A program made the translations under genes and the position numbers. A stretch of 58,739 nt of DNA, filler included, from Sphacelaria rigidula (Eukaryota), in NCBI GenBank assembly GCA_964200075.2. It is 8 parts of 8 records of this genome, joined end to end, with 100 filler letters (N's around TTAATTAATTAA, not from the genome) between each part and the next. Parts side by side here need not be neighbours in the genome. Positions count along the whole stretch, not along the records: positions 22,068 to 29,322 come from CAXNAA020015746.1; positions 29,423 to 36,677 come from CAXNAA020015747.1; 6 more parts are not named here. The stretch is one strand, 5' to 3'. Under the pieces are notes generated by a model. The model saw only the letters and a program-made list of their open reading frames with translations, did not search any database and was not told the origin of the DNA. Positions 24,517 to 36,777 of the stretch are shown here, one piece after another (within the stretch, counting starts at the first letter, position 1; each line of letters starts with the position of its first letter).

Positions 24517-27500
24517 CCCCGCTCCCTTTTTTTCCACGACGGGTCACCACTCCAAGGGTGGGTCGAGTACTCTGTATTGTTGAAGAGTCATACTTTTAGT
24601 ACTCGAAGCTTCAGTAGAGTATTTGAGATCATACTCCACGTACTCAAAATTCGAGTAGAGTATTTGAGGCCGTGCTCGACTTCCTTAAAATTTGAGTAGA
24701 GTATCGAGGTCATACTCAAGTATTACTGAGAGTGCTTCTCCAATCTGTGAGTAGAGTACTGGAGACCGTACACACGCGGCCATTCGGCTACCTCGTGGAG
24801 GAATTTTCAAACGTCACCGTCGGTTCCGTCCGTTTTCAACCCCCCCCTAGAGGACCTGGGGTATTCGTAATCCTCTACAGGATCTTCAACGTCGGGGCCT
24901 TGGATTGGGCAAAAAAAGACTCTTATTTGCGAGCCGCTTTTCCTGTTCAACTCCCACATACAACACGGTATTGGTGGGTGACTGTCGCGAGGCAGCAGAA
25001 GGAGTCATTGACAGCTCATCCTCTTGCCCCCCATTTCATATCTGGGGCAAGCGGATCGAACTCTTCAACAGCTTCGATTGCTTTCAAATCCCATACACCG
25101 ATTGCGACTGTATGTACACACAGCCATGCTATGTAGCTTCAGCTTGTGGTCATGATGTTCTACCAGTAAGAATCTCATCTATTTAAACATACAAGCTTGA
25201 AAACACCGCGGTCAGGTGTTTACCATTCGGACACGGAAGTGAAGTATTTTTTTCGAGTGAACACGCGAAAACTTTTGATCGCCGTTTATCCTGTACGTTG
25301 ATGGTGATATATATGATCATCACATCAACAAGCATGGTTTGGGGCTGTACCGGACAGTACAATACCGTGGAAGACAGGACCATATCGTGCTTATATACGT
25401 GCTGTACAATATACTGCAGAGTTTGCGCGGCATATGCGCCACGTGTGGCTAAACAAAGCGGATGCCTGTAACTTTGGGTGCATGGGGGTGTTTTATACCG
25501 TGAGCTACTGACTATACACGATGCCCGTTCTTGCAGCGTGCTCACCGCTGCAGCCAGTAGGACGTTAAAGGGAAGCGCACAAAGTACAGTACAGACAGCA
25601 CAGGACCATATGTATGCTTCCTGCTCAGAGTGCAACGTGAGAAGGACTTGAACAGTGTGCGTAGCTTTGTCTGCCTGCACTGTTCATGGGGGCGTGTGCA
25701 GTAAACCGCCGGTTGTTGCTCGCACCATACAGTAAGTACCCCGCTGCTCAAGTTCAAACTTCCACCAAGAAGACGTACATCATGCTGAACTACTGTAGTG
25801 TGTGAAAATACCCCTGTGCCCAACTCATGCTCTTTCCTGCAGGGTTATCGTCGTGGTATTATATCTGGGGATGAGTGTTGTCGGGTTTGCAATTCAATCC
25901 GTGAACGGTGGGGGATGCATATATATTTTCTGGCGTGATGGTCCTAAAGGTCCCCTGGAAGCAGTCATAAAACACAAGTGCACAAGTGCTGATGTGCACG
26001 CTGTACTGCACGGCTATGCCCTCCGGAGTCGCAACAAATGCCTTAGAGGCCACAGTCGGTCTCTCCGCCAGAGGAATGGCGCTCTTCTTTTCTCTGCCGT
26101 TCATATTTCCCTCAAAGGGACGTTCACGAAAATCACGTGCTCCAGTGCACCATATTCTTGGTAACCTGGAGGGATTCAGACCTCGGAAGTCACTGACGCA
26201 TGACATACCCTCGACAGGATTCGCTTCACGACCGGAACCGACTGTGAAACACCCTCTAGAGAATACTTTTTATGCTTCCCAGGGTCAAATCGCGATAGAG
26301 GATTTTGAGGGGGTAGCCGAATAGCCGTGTGTGTACTCAACGCACTCAAAATTCGTGTAGAGTATTTGAGACCATATTCGACCTCCCCAAAATCTGAGTA
26401 GAGTGTTTCAGGTCGTACTCGATGTACTCAAAAGTTGAGTGGAGTATCGGAGGCCGGGTCCGATGCACCAACACCTGTAACTTAAACGTCTTCCTTCCTC
26501 TCCCGACTATCGCGATGCTTCCCCGGCTTGCAATGTTTGCGCCGTTGACTCTCCCATGGCGGAGTCACATATGTGACCACTAGAGTCCCTCATTTTGATG
26601 ATACCTACTCGACTGCTTGTCTATTCGAACACTCCACAATGACGAGTTGCTCTCTGTACCGAAAGTAATAACGACGGCGTTGCGAACCGTCGAGTATGAA
26701 CTGCCGTCGGTGGGGGCTGGTGAGATTGGGCGCTGAGGCAGGTACGTTCATTCATCTGCACAATTTCTTTCTTTTTTTATGACCATCGTTCGCCCATGCA
26801 TTCAACATAGGCTGTAAAGTGACGTCACGAAGTCGCCGACGGCCAGGGGTACTCACCATACCCAAGGGTACTCTACCTGTAAACTCTACTATTACTGAGA
26901 CTGCTTGCTCAATATTTCAGTAGAGTATTTCAAGCCGTACTCCACGTGCTCAAAGTCGAGTAGAGGAACAACTTGAGTATTTTGCTCCACTACTCAAAAT
27001 TACATACTGTACTCGACGTACCCTTGCACGACTCATGTGGTACGCTCATTACAGTTCACAACGAGCAGTCAATCGTGAGCTCGAGCCATGTTGGATTTTT
27101 GGGCACATCAACCACTGACTGCCGCGTTCGCCTTATGACGTATTTTCATGACAAGCACTGTCCGCAGGGCGCGGCCCAGTACTTTTTTTTCCGCGACGAA
27201 TCATGACCCGTGTGCTTCAGTCGGTGCGTTTTATTTTTACGACATCAAATCACTGCTGTGCTGGCGTTATACCGTGGCTTCTTTTCAGAAGAAGCAGTGA
27301 CTCCACCTGTCGGCTTTGTACTGCGTGCTGCGACAAGCAATGCCTCCAGCATCCGATGAGGGCAAGCCCCCCCAACATTCCACGCCATCAGTCGTGCTAA
27401 GCACCCCATCCCGAGGCACTCAAAACTACATTCGGTGAATCATAGAGTAGGGCAATAGACTGCGACGAGTGCAACACGGTCGCGTGCAGTGCACCACTGC

Positions 27501-27831
27501 TTCTGCCACATATTGGAGTGGATTCGACGTTTTCGTTGTACTCAACTGTCAAAGGGCAGGTCGAGTAGAGTGTACTCAATACTCACTTTTTTCGAAAACT
27601 CATGCTTTCAGTACTCAAACATTGAGGAGAGTTTTGCAAGCCGTACTGAACGTACTCGAAACTTGAGTCGAGTATTAGAGGCCATACCTCACCTACTGAA
27701 ACGTCGAGTAGAGTAAATATATAAGTGTTATACTCGAGTACTCAAAAGCACATACTCTGCTACACCTACCCTTGCAACTGTCCATTTAATGTGCTCTCCT
27801 GTTCTCGCCCCCTGCGTGTGCCCGCCGACAG

Positions 27832-28308
27832 TGGCGGGTGCTGATGCCGCCTACAAAGTGCCCCTCCAGCGAGGCGGACGTCTTACTTAGCAGGTGGCTC
27901 GAGAAGGTGAGGAAGGACATCGAATGCTTCTTCGGTCGACTGAAGGGCAGATTCCGCTTCCTGAAGCTCCCCATCCTGTTCCGTGAGAAAGAAAGGGTGG
28001 ACAACGCATTCTTCACTGCCTGCATGTTGCATAATATGCTGCATTCCATGGACGGCCTGGACAAGCTGGAGGCCGGCGTCAGTTGGTCCGGAATCGACGG
28101 GGAACATGACGCTTCCGTCGCTGCCCCTGACGAGGACGTGAGCACCATCGGTCGACGGGGTGGTGGCGAAAACGACCAGGAAGAGGAAGTGGAGCCTTCG
28201 CACCAGGAGTTCAGGGAGAAGTTGATGACCTCCTTCTCGTACCGGTGGAAACACAAGGATATAGAGTGGTTGGTGTCCGCTGATGGCGGGGCAGCCGGTG
28301 ACGCGTGA
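27832..28308 (+). CDS. PIF/Harbinger transposase, exon 3 (terminal)
   Basis: Pyrimidine tract and ACAG acceptor; WRVLMPP..SRWLEKVRKDIECFFGRLKGRFRFL..CMLHNML with the catalytic Glu motif. Spliced product ~483 aa with no internal stops. Confidence 0.93.
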   Translation, partial: WRVLMPPTKCPSSEADVLLSRWLEKVRKDIECFFGRLKGRFRFLKLPILFREKERVDNAFFTACMLHNMLHSMDGLDKLEAGVSWSGIDGEHDASVAAPDEDVSTIGRRGGGENDQEEEVEPSHQEFREKLMTSFSYRWKHKDIEWLVSADGGAAGDA

Positions 28309-28916
28309 CGGTCAAGGAACCCGCACGGTTTGTCATTGACTATTGTGTGTGTCGTTGCTGTGATTTGTTTGCCGTGGCCCGATGACGACGCGGGTTTGGG
28401 GCGAGGGGAGCGGGTCATGTTATAGTTTTGCATTGTGCCCGCCTAACAGTTGACGTTGCATGTGAGAGGCGGGGGGGGGGGGGGGGAGGGGGGGGTCTAG
28501 GGCCGTCATCACTGGCCTCACATAATTTTTCACCGCAACCAATTTCGATGTATGCAGGCACATGAAATTCAGTCCTTGCACCTCGACGCTCACGCTTCAG
28601 ACGTGAACGCCCGCATAATGAGACACTTCACGGGAGTCCTGGCGAGATAGACCCACTTTTGCGGTGAACGAACCCCGATTTTTTCAAAATCGGGGGGACT
28701 CAAATCCGTGTACTCAAAATCGGGGTGACCGTTTTATAGCAAGACGAATTTTTGAGGGACAGTTTGCTTCAGGAAGGGTCATGCTCTGGCAGGGGTGCAC
28801 GCGGTTCATCCTCCAAATCTCAATTTCATCTAGCGCACATCTGGCCACAGTCCCGCAGAGCCTCGCTCGAGAGCTGTCCACGATCAGCACCTCCACCGCG
28901 CAGTCGACCACCACAA

Positions 28917-29322
28917 ATTCGATCGGCGTTCAAGATTCGTGTGGCGAGTGTTGGAGCCCTCGCTCCTCGCGGCAAAACGCACGATTCGACCAGGCCAGTT
29001 GTTATTCGTAGCAGAAAAATAAAAATGAATCGATCGGCCTTTAACATTGATGTGGCGAGTGTTGGAGCCCTTGCTCCTCGTGGCAAAACGCACGATTCGA
29101 CCAGGCCAGTTGTTGCTCGTAGCGGGAAAATAGAAATGAATCGATCGGCCTTCAACATTGATGTGGCGAGTGTTGGAGCCCTTGCTCCTTGTGACAAAGC
29201 GCACGACTCGACCAGGCCACGTGTTATTCGTAGCAGAAAAATAAAAAGAAATCGATCGGCCTTCAACATTGATGTGGCGAGTGTTGGAGCCCTTGCTCCT
29301 CGTGACAAAGCGCACGATTCGA
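28917..29322. repeat. 111-bp tandem repeat (~3.6 copies, runs into contig end)
   Basis: gatcggc recurs at 28921, 29032, 29143 and 29254. Confidence 0.95.
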
Positions 29323-29422
29323 NNNNNNNNNNNNNNNNNNNNNNNNNNNNNNNNNNNNNNNNNNNNTTAATTAATTAANNNNNNNNNNNNNNNNNNNNNN
29401 NNNNNNNNNNNNNNNNNNNNNN
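29323..29422. other. Artificial contig spacer
   Basis: Same 100-nt linker. Confidence 0.98.
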
Positions 29423-32400
29423 TAGCTGGCTGGAGGAGACCCTTAACAAGTTAATTTTATGCGAGCTTCCAGCTTGTAAACCCTTGGACCGCGATGAGGA
29501 TAGTTCATCTAGATCAAGTCTAGATCACATACTTTTTTCAAGTGAAATTGATGCCGATTCATCAGGTGATCTATACCCGCGGTCAAGCTGTTCTCGTAGA
29601 GTCCGACTTCAAATCACCGCAGAAGTTTGATCTATATCGCCGTGCGTGAAGAAAAGAACTGTACACAGTTATTCGGTGAAGGGATTATCGGGAATATCTA
29701 ACTTCGCCCAAATCATTGGAAACATTTTGATCCAGCTTTTCTGGTACGAACGAGAAGTAAGGTATTATGGGTCTCAGGAAAGGACCGTATATCCAAAAGC
29801 AAGGTTGGTATTATACTTGTCTACAGAGCAGTTTCACTTGCCCCATTGCACCGTAACGTGGGTATAGTCACCACTTCGCCATAAGATACACCTGCGCGGG
29901 GTCATGGCGTGATGAACGGGCGTAAAGTGCTCCTTATCCCTCGACCGGATAATCCGAAGTTTGCGGGGGAATGCAGGCCAATTCATACATTTCGCCAGGT
30001 TGCACAAGTCGAGCCGCTGATCGTGCAACCTTAGCTATTGTGCCGCGTTTCTCCCCTTCAGAACTTCGCAAAAGCAGTTGACCGTTGAACGCAAGGGTGA
30101 TGATGATGGCACTGCCACCATCTTACGCCCAATAACGAGTGTATATCGCTAGTGCTTCGACATCATGGCACTCGTCCATCGCAGTCGCGATGGAATCGGT
30201 GGAGCTGATGATGACCAAGCTTTGTCCAGTTTCGTGATGGCGTTGAAAGTGGCTGCTTCCAGGAGCCCGAAGGTGATCGGTGAGTTGCTGGAGGCGGCCA
30301 ACACGGCGATAGCAGCCGGAGAGACACAACTGGATGGAGTGCATTTAGACGGACTGCGTATGAGCGATGATGATGTGGAGGTATGATGAGTCGCCTTTAC
30401 TTAAACTGCGCGTTGCCCGGCACCCAAAGTTTGCATTGGTATTGCATGTCATACACAAAAGGTCGACGACAGGAACCTTGCACCATTCAGTAGCTAAAAC
30501 CTGCAGTCAACCCAGAAGCCCCCATAGATTGGGATTTCGGATACCTGTGCACTCGTCCCTTCCCTCCCGGAGGGAAGAAATATCAACTCTTCGGTGCCCA
30601 ACTGTTGCCCATGCGAAACTCGAATGTTTTTTCACAATGGTGCACTCAACCCGAGCAATTTGGTCTTCTGTAGTCTAAAGCGAAGTGGTTTCGGTCACAC
30701 TGTCTTCGGTATAGACTAGCCATACGGTAGTCAAGGGATTGGAACCAGGTGTTATCGAAGGTGGACTTGATTCAAGTATCCAAGTCTTTGTGCTGTTAAG
30801 TCGAGTAGTTTTGGCGATCGGTTGTCGTGGATATATATCGGCAATACCACATCCAAGTGATTGTTGGGCCTAAAACTCAAGTCATTTGTGTGCACACCAG
30901 AATCACGTACTAAAAGTTGGTCCTCCAATCTGTAGTCCAAAGTCGAGAAGTTTTGCCTATCGCCCTGAATATAGATTCATTATACTGTATTCAAGTGATG
31001 AATACGAGTGATACTTGATCCAAGAGATGGGTGGTTTTATACCGTACGAACCTCAAGTGCGTTGTTACATGTAGACTTAACTCAAGTAACTTGGTCTTCT
31101 GCAGTCTGAAGTTTTGGGTTTTGGTTGACACCCCAATCGTGGATAGCTCACTATGCACTTGGAGGTAGTGGCACGACGCTCCCTCGATATCACTACCTCC
31201 CCCCTCCCCCCAACCCCCCCCCTCCCCCTCTCATGGTGAGACACCCATGAGGCAGTGTATAAGCCGTGACTGTCTCTGGAAGTGGCGATACCAGAAAATG
31301 AAGCAACTCATTGTAGGCTGTCATCCAAGTGCAAGATAATCAATAGGCTTCGCGCAGAACAATCTGGGCAGGATGCGGCTCACGCTTCACGCGACTCGCC
31401 GAACACACCACGGCGCTTCGCACGTGGTGATTGAGTGCGAGCCTGGTCCGGCAAAAGCCCGGCGTGCTCCGTCCCAGCTTTGTCGAGATCCGAGGTCTAC
31501 GGTCTTACAGGCTGGTTCACGGAGAAAAAAAACTGCCATCAGCAAATGCCTTCTGCAATGCGCATCCAATAGTCGCATACATGGTATCATACTGACCGCA
31601 AATGAACAGACGAAGAGGGTAACACAGCCGGATTTTGTTTAAAGGCTATAGTGCTGGCGCTATGGACAAAAATGTGTCTCGACCAATCAGCGCCTTTCAA
31701 ACTGTTCCGAGATTTAAATTACGAACTCCAAGCCCAATTTCCACCGAATCTCCACATGCTTCATATCGTCAGTGTTGCGCCGAAAGAAGAAACAAATCTT
31801 GATTCGGAACAGAATCCGACATATTTTCGCCCCGATACGCACGCACCCACAACGCTACCCCAGATTTAGCAACATGAGGTTGTTGCCTGTAATCTACACG
31901 ACATGCGGACGAAGTTTCAGCGCCTAAAAGTACTGACAGCGCGTGTACGGCCGTGCCTCCTGAATTGAGGACCTCTACAGACAATACCATAATTTGTACC
32001 GCACAGAATGTCATCATCCGCAATGGGTGCCAGCACAGATCGATGTTTGTTTCACGGCGCACAAGCTGGGTAGTAGGTCATAACGTGAAAGTGAACGCAC
32101 CCGCGTGTCAAAACATGCATCCAGCGATGTGTCGCGCAGTCTGGGCTGCAGAGACGCCGTTTTGAGGGTGTATGGACGGCATGACCCGCAATCCCTGTTC
32201 GCTCCGTCCACCGTGTGCACTACCCATCACTTGCCGCCGAACAGCCTATATTCTGTCTATGTTGTGCTGTACCTACGTGCCAAGTTTGAAGCCGGTTGGC
32301 AGGGACACCGTGGAGGAATCCACGAACAAAGTAACGCTTGAAAAGTGGAAAATTCGGTACTGAACGCTCGAAAAGATACATGAGGTGTGGCTACGCCGCA

Positions 32401-34671
32401 TATCACAGATTCGGTGAGATACCGCCATCCTATTTCCACCCCTTCGGCCACCCGCCCAGTATGATGGCAACAACTGCGGGGTTCGCGAACGCGTCGGGTG
32501 CAAGGTGCGATGGAAGACACTCCGATTGTTTCTCGTCCTGATGGTGTGTACAGCGAGAAGCACTGTGGACTGAGGTATCGCGCAGATGCGATACCGCACC
32601 CCACTGAGGGTGTGTCTCCACGCCAAATATTCTGTCGATGCCGTGACAAAGGTCAGGTTCAACGAACGCCTTCTTTTCGTGTGTCTTTGTTGTACCACGG
32701 TAAATATATCTGATTGGCCACTAATCGCGTGATAGAATGTGTCTCGATGGAAATCGCCTGTTTGCCCTCCCATGAGTAATTATCTCGCAGATGAGGTTTC
32801 GACAGAGGTTGACACGTCGGAACGATCGTAAATCTTTGCTGATCCCGTTCCGCAGCGATTTTCCGTTCCAGGGTTATGTCACGGCTCTACTCGCGCCCGA
32901 AATTGTAATGTAAGCCACAAGCGGCCGACTGAATAAAATGCATGTCAGCAACGAGCGGCCAACTGAATAAAATGAATGAAGCACAAGAAAAATACGAAGT
33001 TGTTTCCATTACAAACCATCGACTTTGCTTCCAATAAAAACGAATTTGTGGTCAACAACTGTATCGTTTGTTATTGCAATTGCAACTTCGGCCGCCAACG
33101 AAAGTGTCGCGTCCACGAAACGCGAACATGCTCGGGTCTGCAATTTTCTTGTTACGCGACCGCCCCTGTTATGGAGAGTGCGGGTTCGGCCACAAACAAA
33201 GTGTTGTGAGGGTTATCAAGGTCCTTCACGATGGTGTCGACGAATAAAGCTTTTTATTCCGAGGTGCCACCATCCGCCCAACCCTGCCGTCGGCTGAAAA
33301 TAAACAGCGAAATACCAACAACCAGTCACACAAATATTTCACGCATCATAAAAGGCGTTGATGGCGAGACAGGGCGGTAGCACTTTCGGCGCATTTTGTG
33401 AAGAACAAAATATAACATTTCTCGGATATTGCAGTTCCGCAATTAGTAAAACACAGGCATAGACCAACGCCGCGAAAAACAATAATGGCGTTACATTTCC
33501 CAAGTGATACCAGTCCCCTCGTGGGCGGGGTCTTGACCGCATACTTCGCCGAAAATCACACCGAAGATGAAATGAAGCCCATAAAATCCCATGACATGAC
33601 ATCGCGGAAGGTCACGTTAACGGTACGTTTTGTTGGTGAAGGAGAATGCATGACTCTATGCATGACTCTATGCACGACTATATGCATGACTCTCGCAACC
33701 TAGCGCCGTATTTTTTTCTATTTCCAGGGAGTAATATATAGGAGGAGCCCGCACGAGTGACCCTATCCATTTCAAAACGCGCCATCTCCGCACAAAGAAC
33801 ACTTGCCCTCAACACTCAATACCCTCATGGTATGGACACTGTATCCTTCGCTGCGGCGGGAAGTCCAGGCCGCAAAACCGTTCGATCGAATGCCGAGCGC
33901 CCACATCAAAACGCACGATGCGCCGGCGTCGGTCGATACGCAACAAATCGTACCACTTTCTATGGCAAAAAAGGCCGATACGACATCACGACCGTTGACC
34001 CCTCCACGCGCGGCGGGCACATCTGGAATGTCGAGCGCATAATGTGAACGGCAACCGGTCCTTCCATGAGACCACAGTACATCCTGCAGTGTACATGGTC
34101 TCCGTTCACCCGCGATACAACCCGTGGCAGTCTCAGAGTCTGGTTTCGCCGCTTTTCGTGCACCTGAAGCGAAATGTAGCGCGCACGCGAATTAATAGAT
34201 GCAGAAAGGATCAGCGAGCCACAGTCGTGTTCCTTTTCAGCCCGACGGAGAGGGAGGGGGGGGCGTTCCTCACGATAGCACCCGAAAAGGGGCGGCGTCG
34301 CCGCGCAGCATGACGGATCGACATCAATCGGCGGTTGCATGCTCGCACAACTCCAACGAGGTATGCTTTCCCAAAGCTCACTCATCGACAGCCACATTTC
34401 AATACCATCTACGGCAGCCACATTGTGCTCCCCTCATGTTACAAACTCACAGATTGCAACATTTGACAGATTGCAACAATTCAATTGCTGCAACCCACCG
34501 TAGCCCCATCCATCCAACATAATATCAAACAGAAGAAGAAATCTCCGGGATTGCGGACGATGGACGGGCCTGCGCATCACAAAAAACGAGGAGGGACCGG
34601 GGCGCATGACTATCGACGCGAACCTCCTTCGCCGAAGGTCCTGGTATCATACCTGTGCGTTGACCACTCTC

Positions 34672-35145
34672 TCACACATCGTTCATCCGGTCCAAGTACC
34701 ATTCCAGTATGTCCTCGGCCGTGTCTCCGTGCGAACCACGTGATTCCTCCGATGATGTGCTGCTACGCCACTCGCAGTCGTCATCCGAGCTCGTCTCTGG
34801 TTCGTCGCTGCCATCACCCCTGGGATCCACCTCATTCGCCATCACCAACTGCAACCCTTTGCCAACCAGTACGCTTTGCGCGTCGACAGCAGGATCGCAC
34901 CGCCCCCTGCACCCACACAGTATGGGATGGCAATTCTTTCCAAGCTTCGCGCATTTGCAGTTGCCGTTGCACTGGTGTTTCTCCGCCGCCGATGGGTTAC
35001 ACCCGAACAGAAGACGATCGATCCTCCCCGTGGGGTCGATACGCGCATGTTCCGATGAGTTGACGACAACATTGGCCTTCATGGGTGTCTGTGCGTCGTC
35101 AGACGTGGTACTCCAACCGCGATTGTTGAACTTCACGTCCGCCAT
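34672..35145 (-). CDS. Hypothetical protein with CXC/CRC-like Cys cluster and acidic tail (possibly exon 1 or a pseudogene)
   Basis: GTCC-ATG-G start; FGCNPSAAEKHQCNGNCKCAKLGKNCHPILCGCRGRC followed by a D/E/S-rich segment. Confidence 0.5.
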   Translation of the reverse strand: MADVKFNNRGWSTTSDDAQTPMKANVVVNSSEHARIDPTGRIDRLLFGCNPSAAEKHQCNGNCKCAKLGKNCHPILCGCRGRCDPAVDAQSVLVGKGLQLVMANEVDPRGDGSDEPETSSDDDCEWRSSTSSEESRGSHGDTAEDILEWYLDRMNDV

Positions 35146-36677
35146 GGACTGGTGTGAGTGGTTGTTCTTCGTCAGAGAGGTGGTCTATCGCCGTGGTATC
35201 CCCGCGGCGCGTGTCCATGATCCCAGAGCTGCGACAAACACGCAGCAATGAGGAAGGCAGACATGATTACGCGATCGAGGCCGCGATCACCATCACCCAT
35301 ATGCTGCCGATCTGTCTCTGCAGCTCAGCTACTTACATACATGGGCAGTCACCGTGTCTGGTATCCGCCATAACCCACACATTCACGACACAGGAACGAA
35401 GTCATTCATTGGGGGGTAATAGAGGCGAGGTGTTTGTACCTGAGAATAACAGCGTGGCGATAACATAGGGCCTGAACCATCGTTCGTTAATGGCGTGCTC
35501 CGCGAGGAAGGGGGCGGGGCACCCCCGTTGAATATTAAACAGATAAATATATACCATTAGGTCTCCACGAACAGGGTATTCGACCCCAATGCACTGCTTT
35601 TCCTACACTTGCAGTGGCCGGGGTGCGTGGTCCCTTTCCTGCGGGTCAATGAACGTGCCCTGAACGTATTCATGTCCAGAACAGTGTACAGCATTGTAGC
35701 CAGCAGCACGCGACATAACCCCTTATCGTGTACTGACACTCACAACACCTGCTGTACTTTTCTCTACTTCAAACACAGCACAATAAATTCATGTACATCA
35801 AGTACAGTACAGTAAATACAAAAGCGAGCGGGGGGCATGGCAGTGTTTATATTGGAATTTATGAAGAAACTGCTGCAAATGTCAAACTTCACACGGTCCA
35901 ACCTTACCACCAGGGGTGCCTGCGGATAACCGTGTCGCTAACCTTGTGCACTGAACGATTTCACGTGATTATTTTCCCCATGGAATCTCTACATGATGCA
36001 CAACACCGTCTGCGTGCTGCAGACCCGATTGGACCTGCGTGGTCGCCACACATCGAACTAACCTTCCCTCCCCAGGTTAGGGTGCACGGCAACAGTGTTC
36101 TTACCACCCAACGCGGTAATTTGTCACTTAAACGTTACCTTTTCAGTCATAAACCAGCACCAACGCTCCTGCCTTGCTCAAAGCTTCGCAGTCGTGTCGC
36201 GTGTCGGACCTGCACTCCTTGGTGTGAAGCTCCACGGCCGTGTGAAGTACAACTACTTTGCGGCTGGTTCCACCTGAAGTCTTATACTATGACTTTTGTA
36301 CGCGGGTTTTCAGGTAGTCGAGTTTTTTTTTCTTTCGGCGCAACACTGATATTCCGAAGTATCAGACATATCGCATCATATAGCGAAGATATTCAATGGG
36401 GGCTGTAATAGGCATCGACTAGGATTGTGTTGTGCATCTCTACAAAAACAGGATGTGGACACACAGGGACGCATGCAGTCACTCCTGTCTTAGCGGGGTT
36501 GACGGGTACTACGGTATGTTCGAGTGTCAAGACAGTAATAAACTAGTATCCACCCAGACGCGGCAAGGGGCGGGGAGTGTGTGTGTGTGTGTGTGTGTGT
36601 GGGGTTGGGGGGGTGTACTCATGATCATGCATGCCATAGTCATAAGACCATAGACCTCGCATCCCTACAAAGCCGGG

Positions 36678-36777
36678 NNNNNNNNNNNNNNNNNNNNNNN
36701 NNNNNNNNNNNNNNNNNNNNNTTAATTAATTAANNNNNNNNNNNNNNNNNNNNNNNNNNNNNNNNNNNNNNNNNNNN
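36678..36777. other. Artificial contig spacer
   Basis: Same 100-nt linker. Confidence 0.98.

Noticed and set aside
28917-29322. CRISPR array
   Set aside because: Whole 111-bp units repeat with no unique spacers; eukaryotic context and no cas genes. The same applies to the 114-bp arrays.
30062-30380. Exon-like segment ending LDGLRMSDDDVE|GTATGA
   Set aside because: In-frame stop between the acceptor and the ATG, no partner exons and no recognisable domain.
35820-35890. Kinase-like Gly loop (ASGGHGSVYIG)
   Set aside because: No downstream VAVK, HRD or DFG motifs and no convincing splice sites; probably chance.
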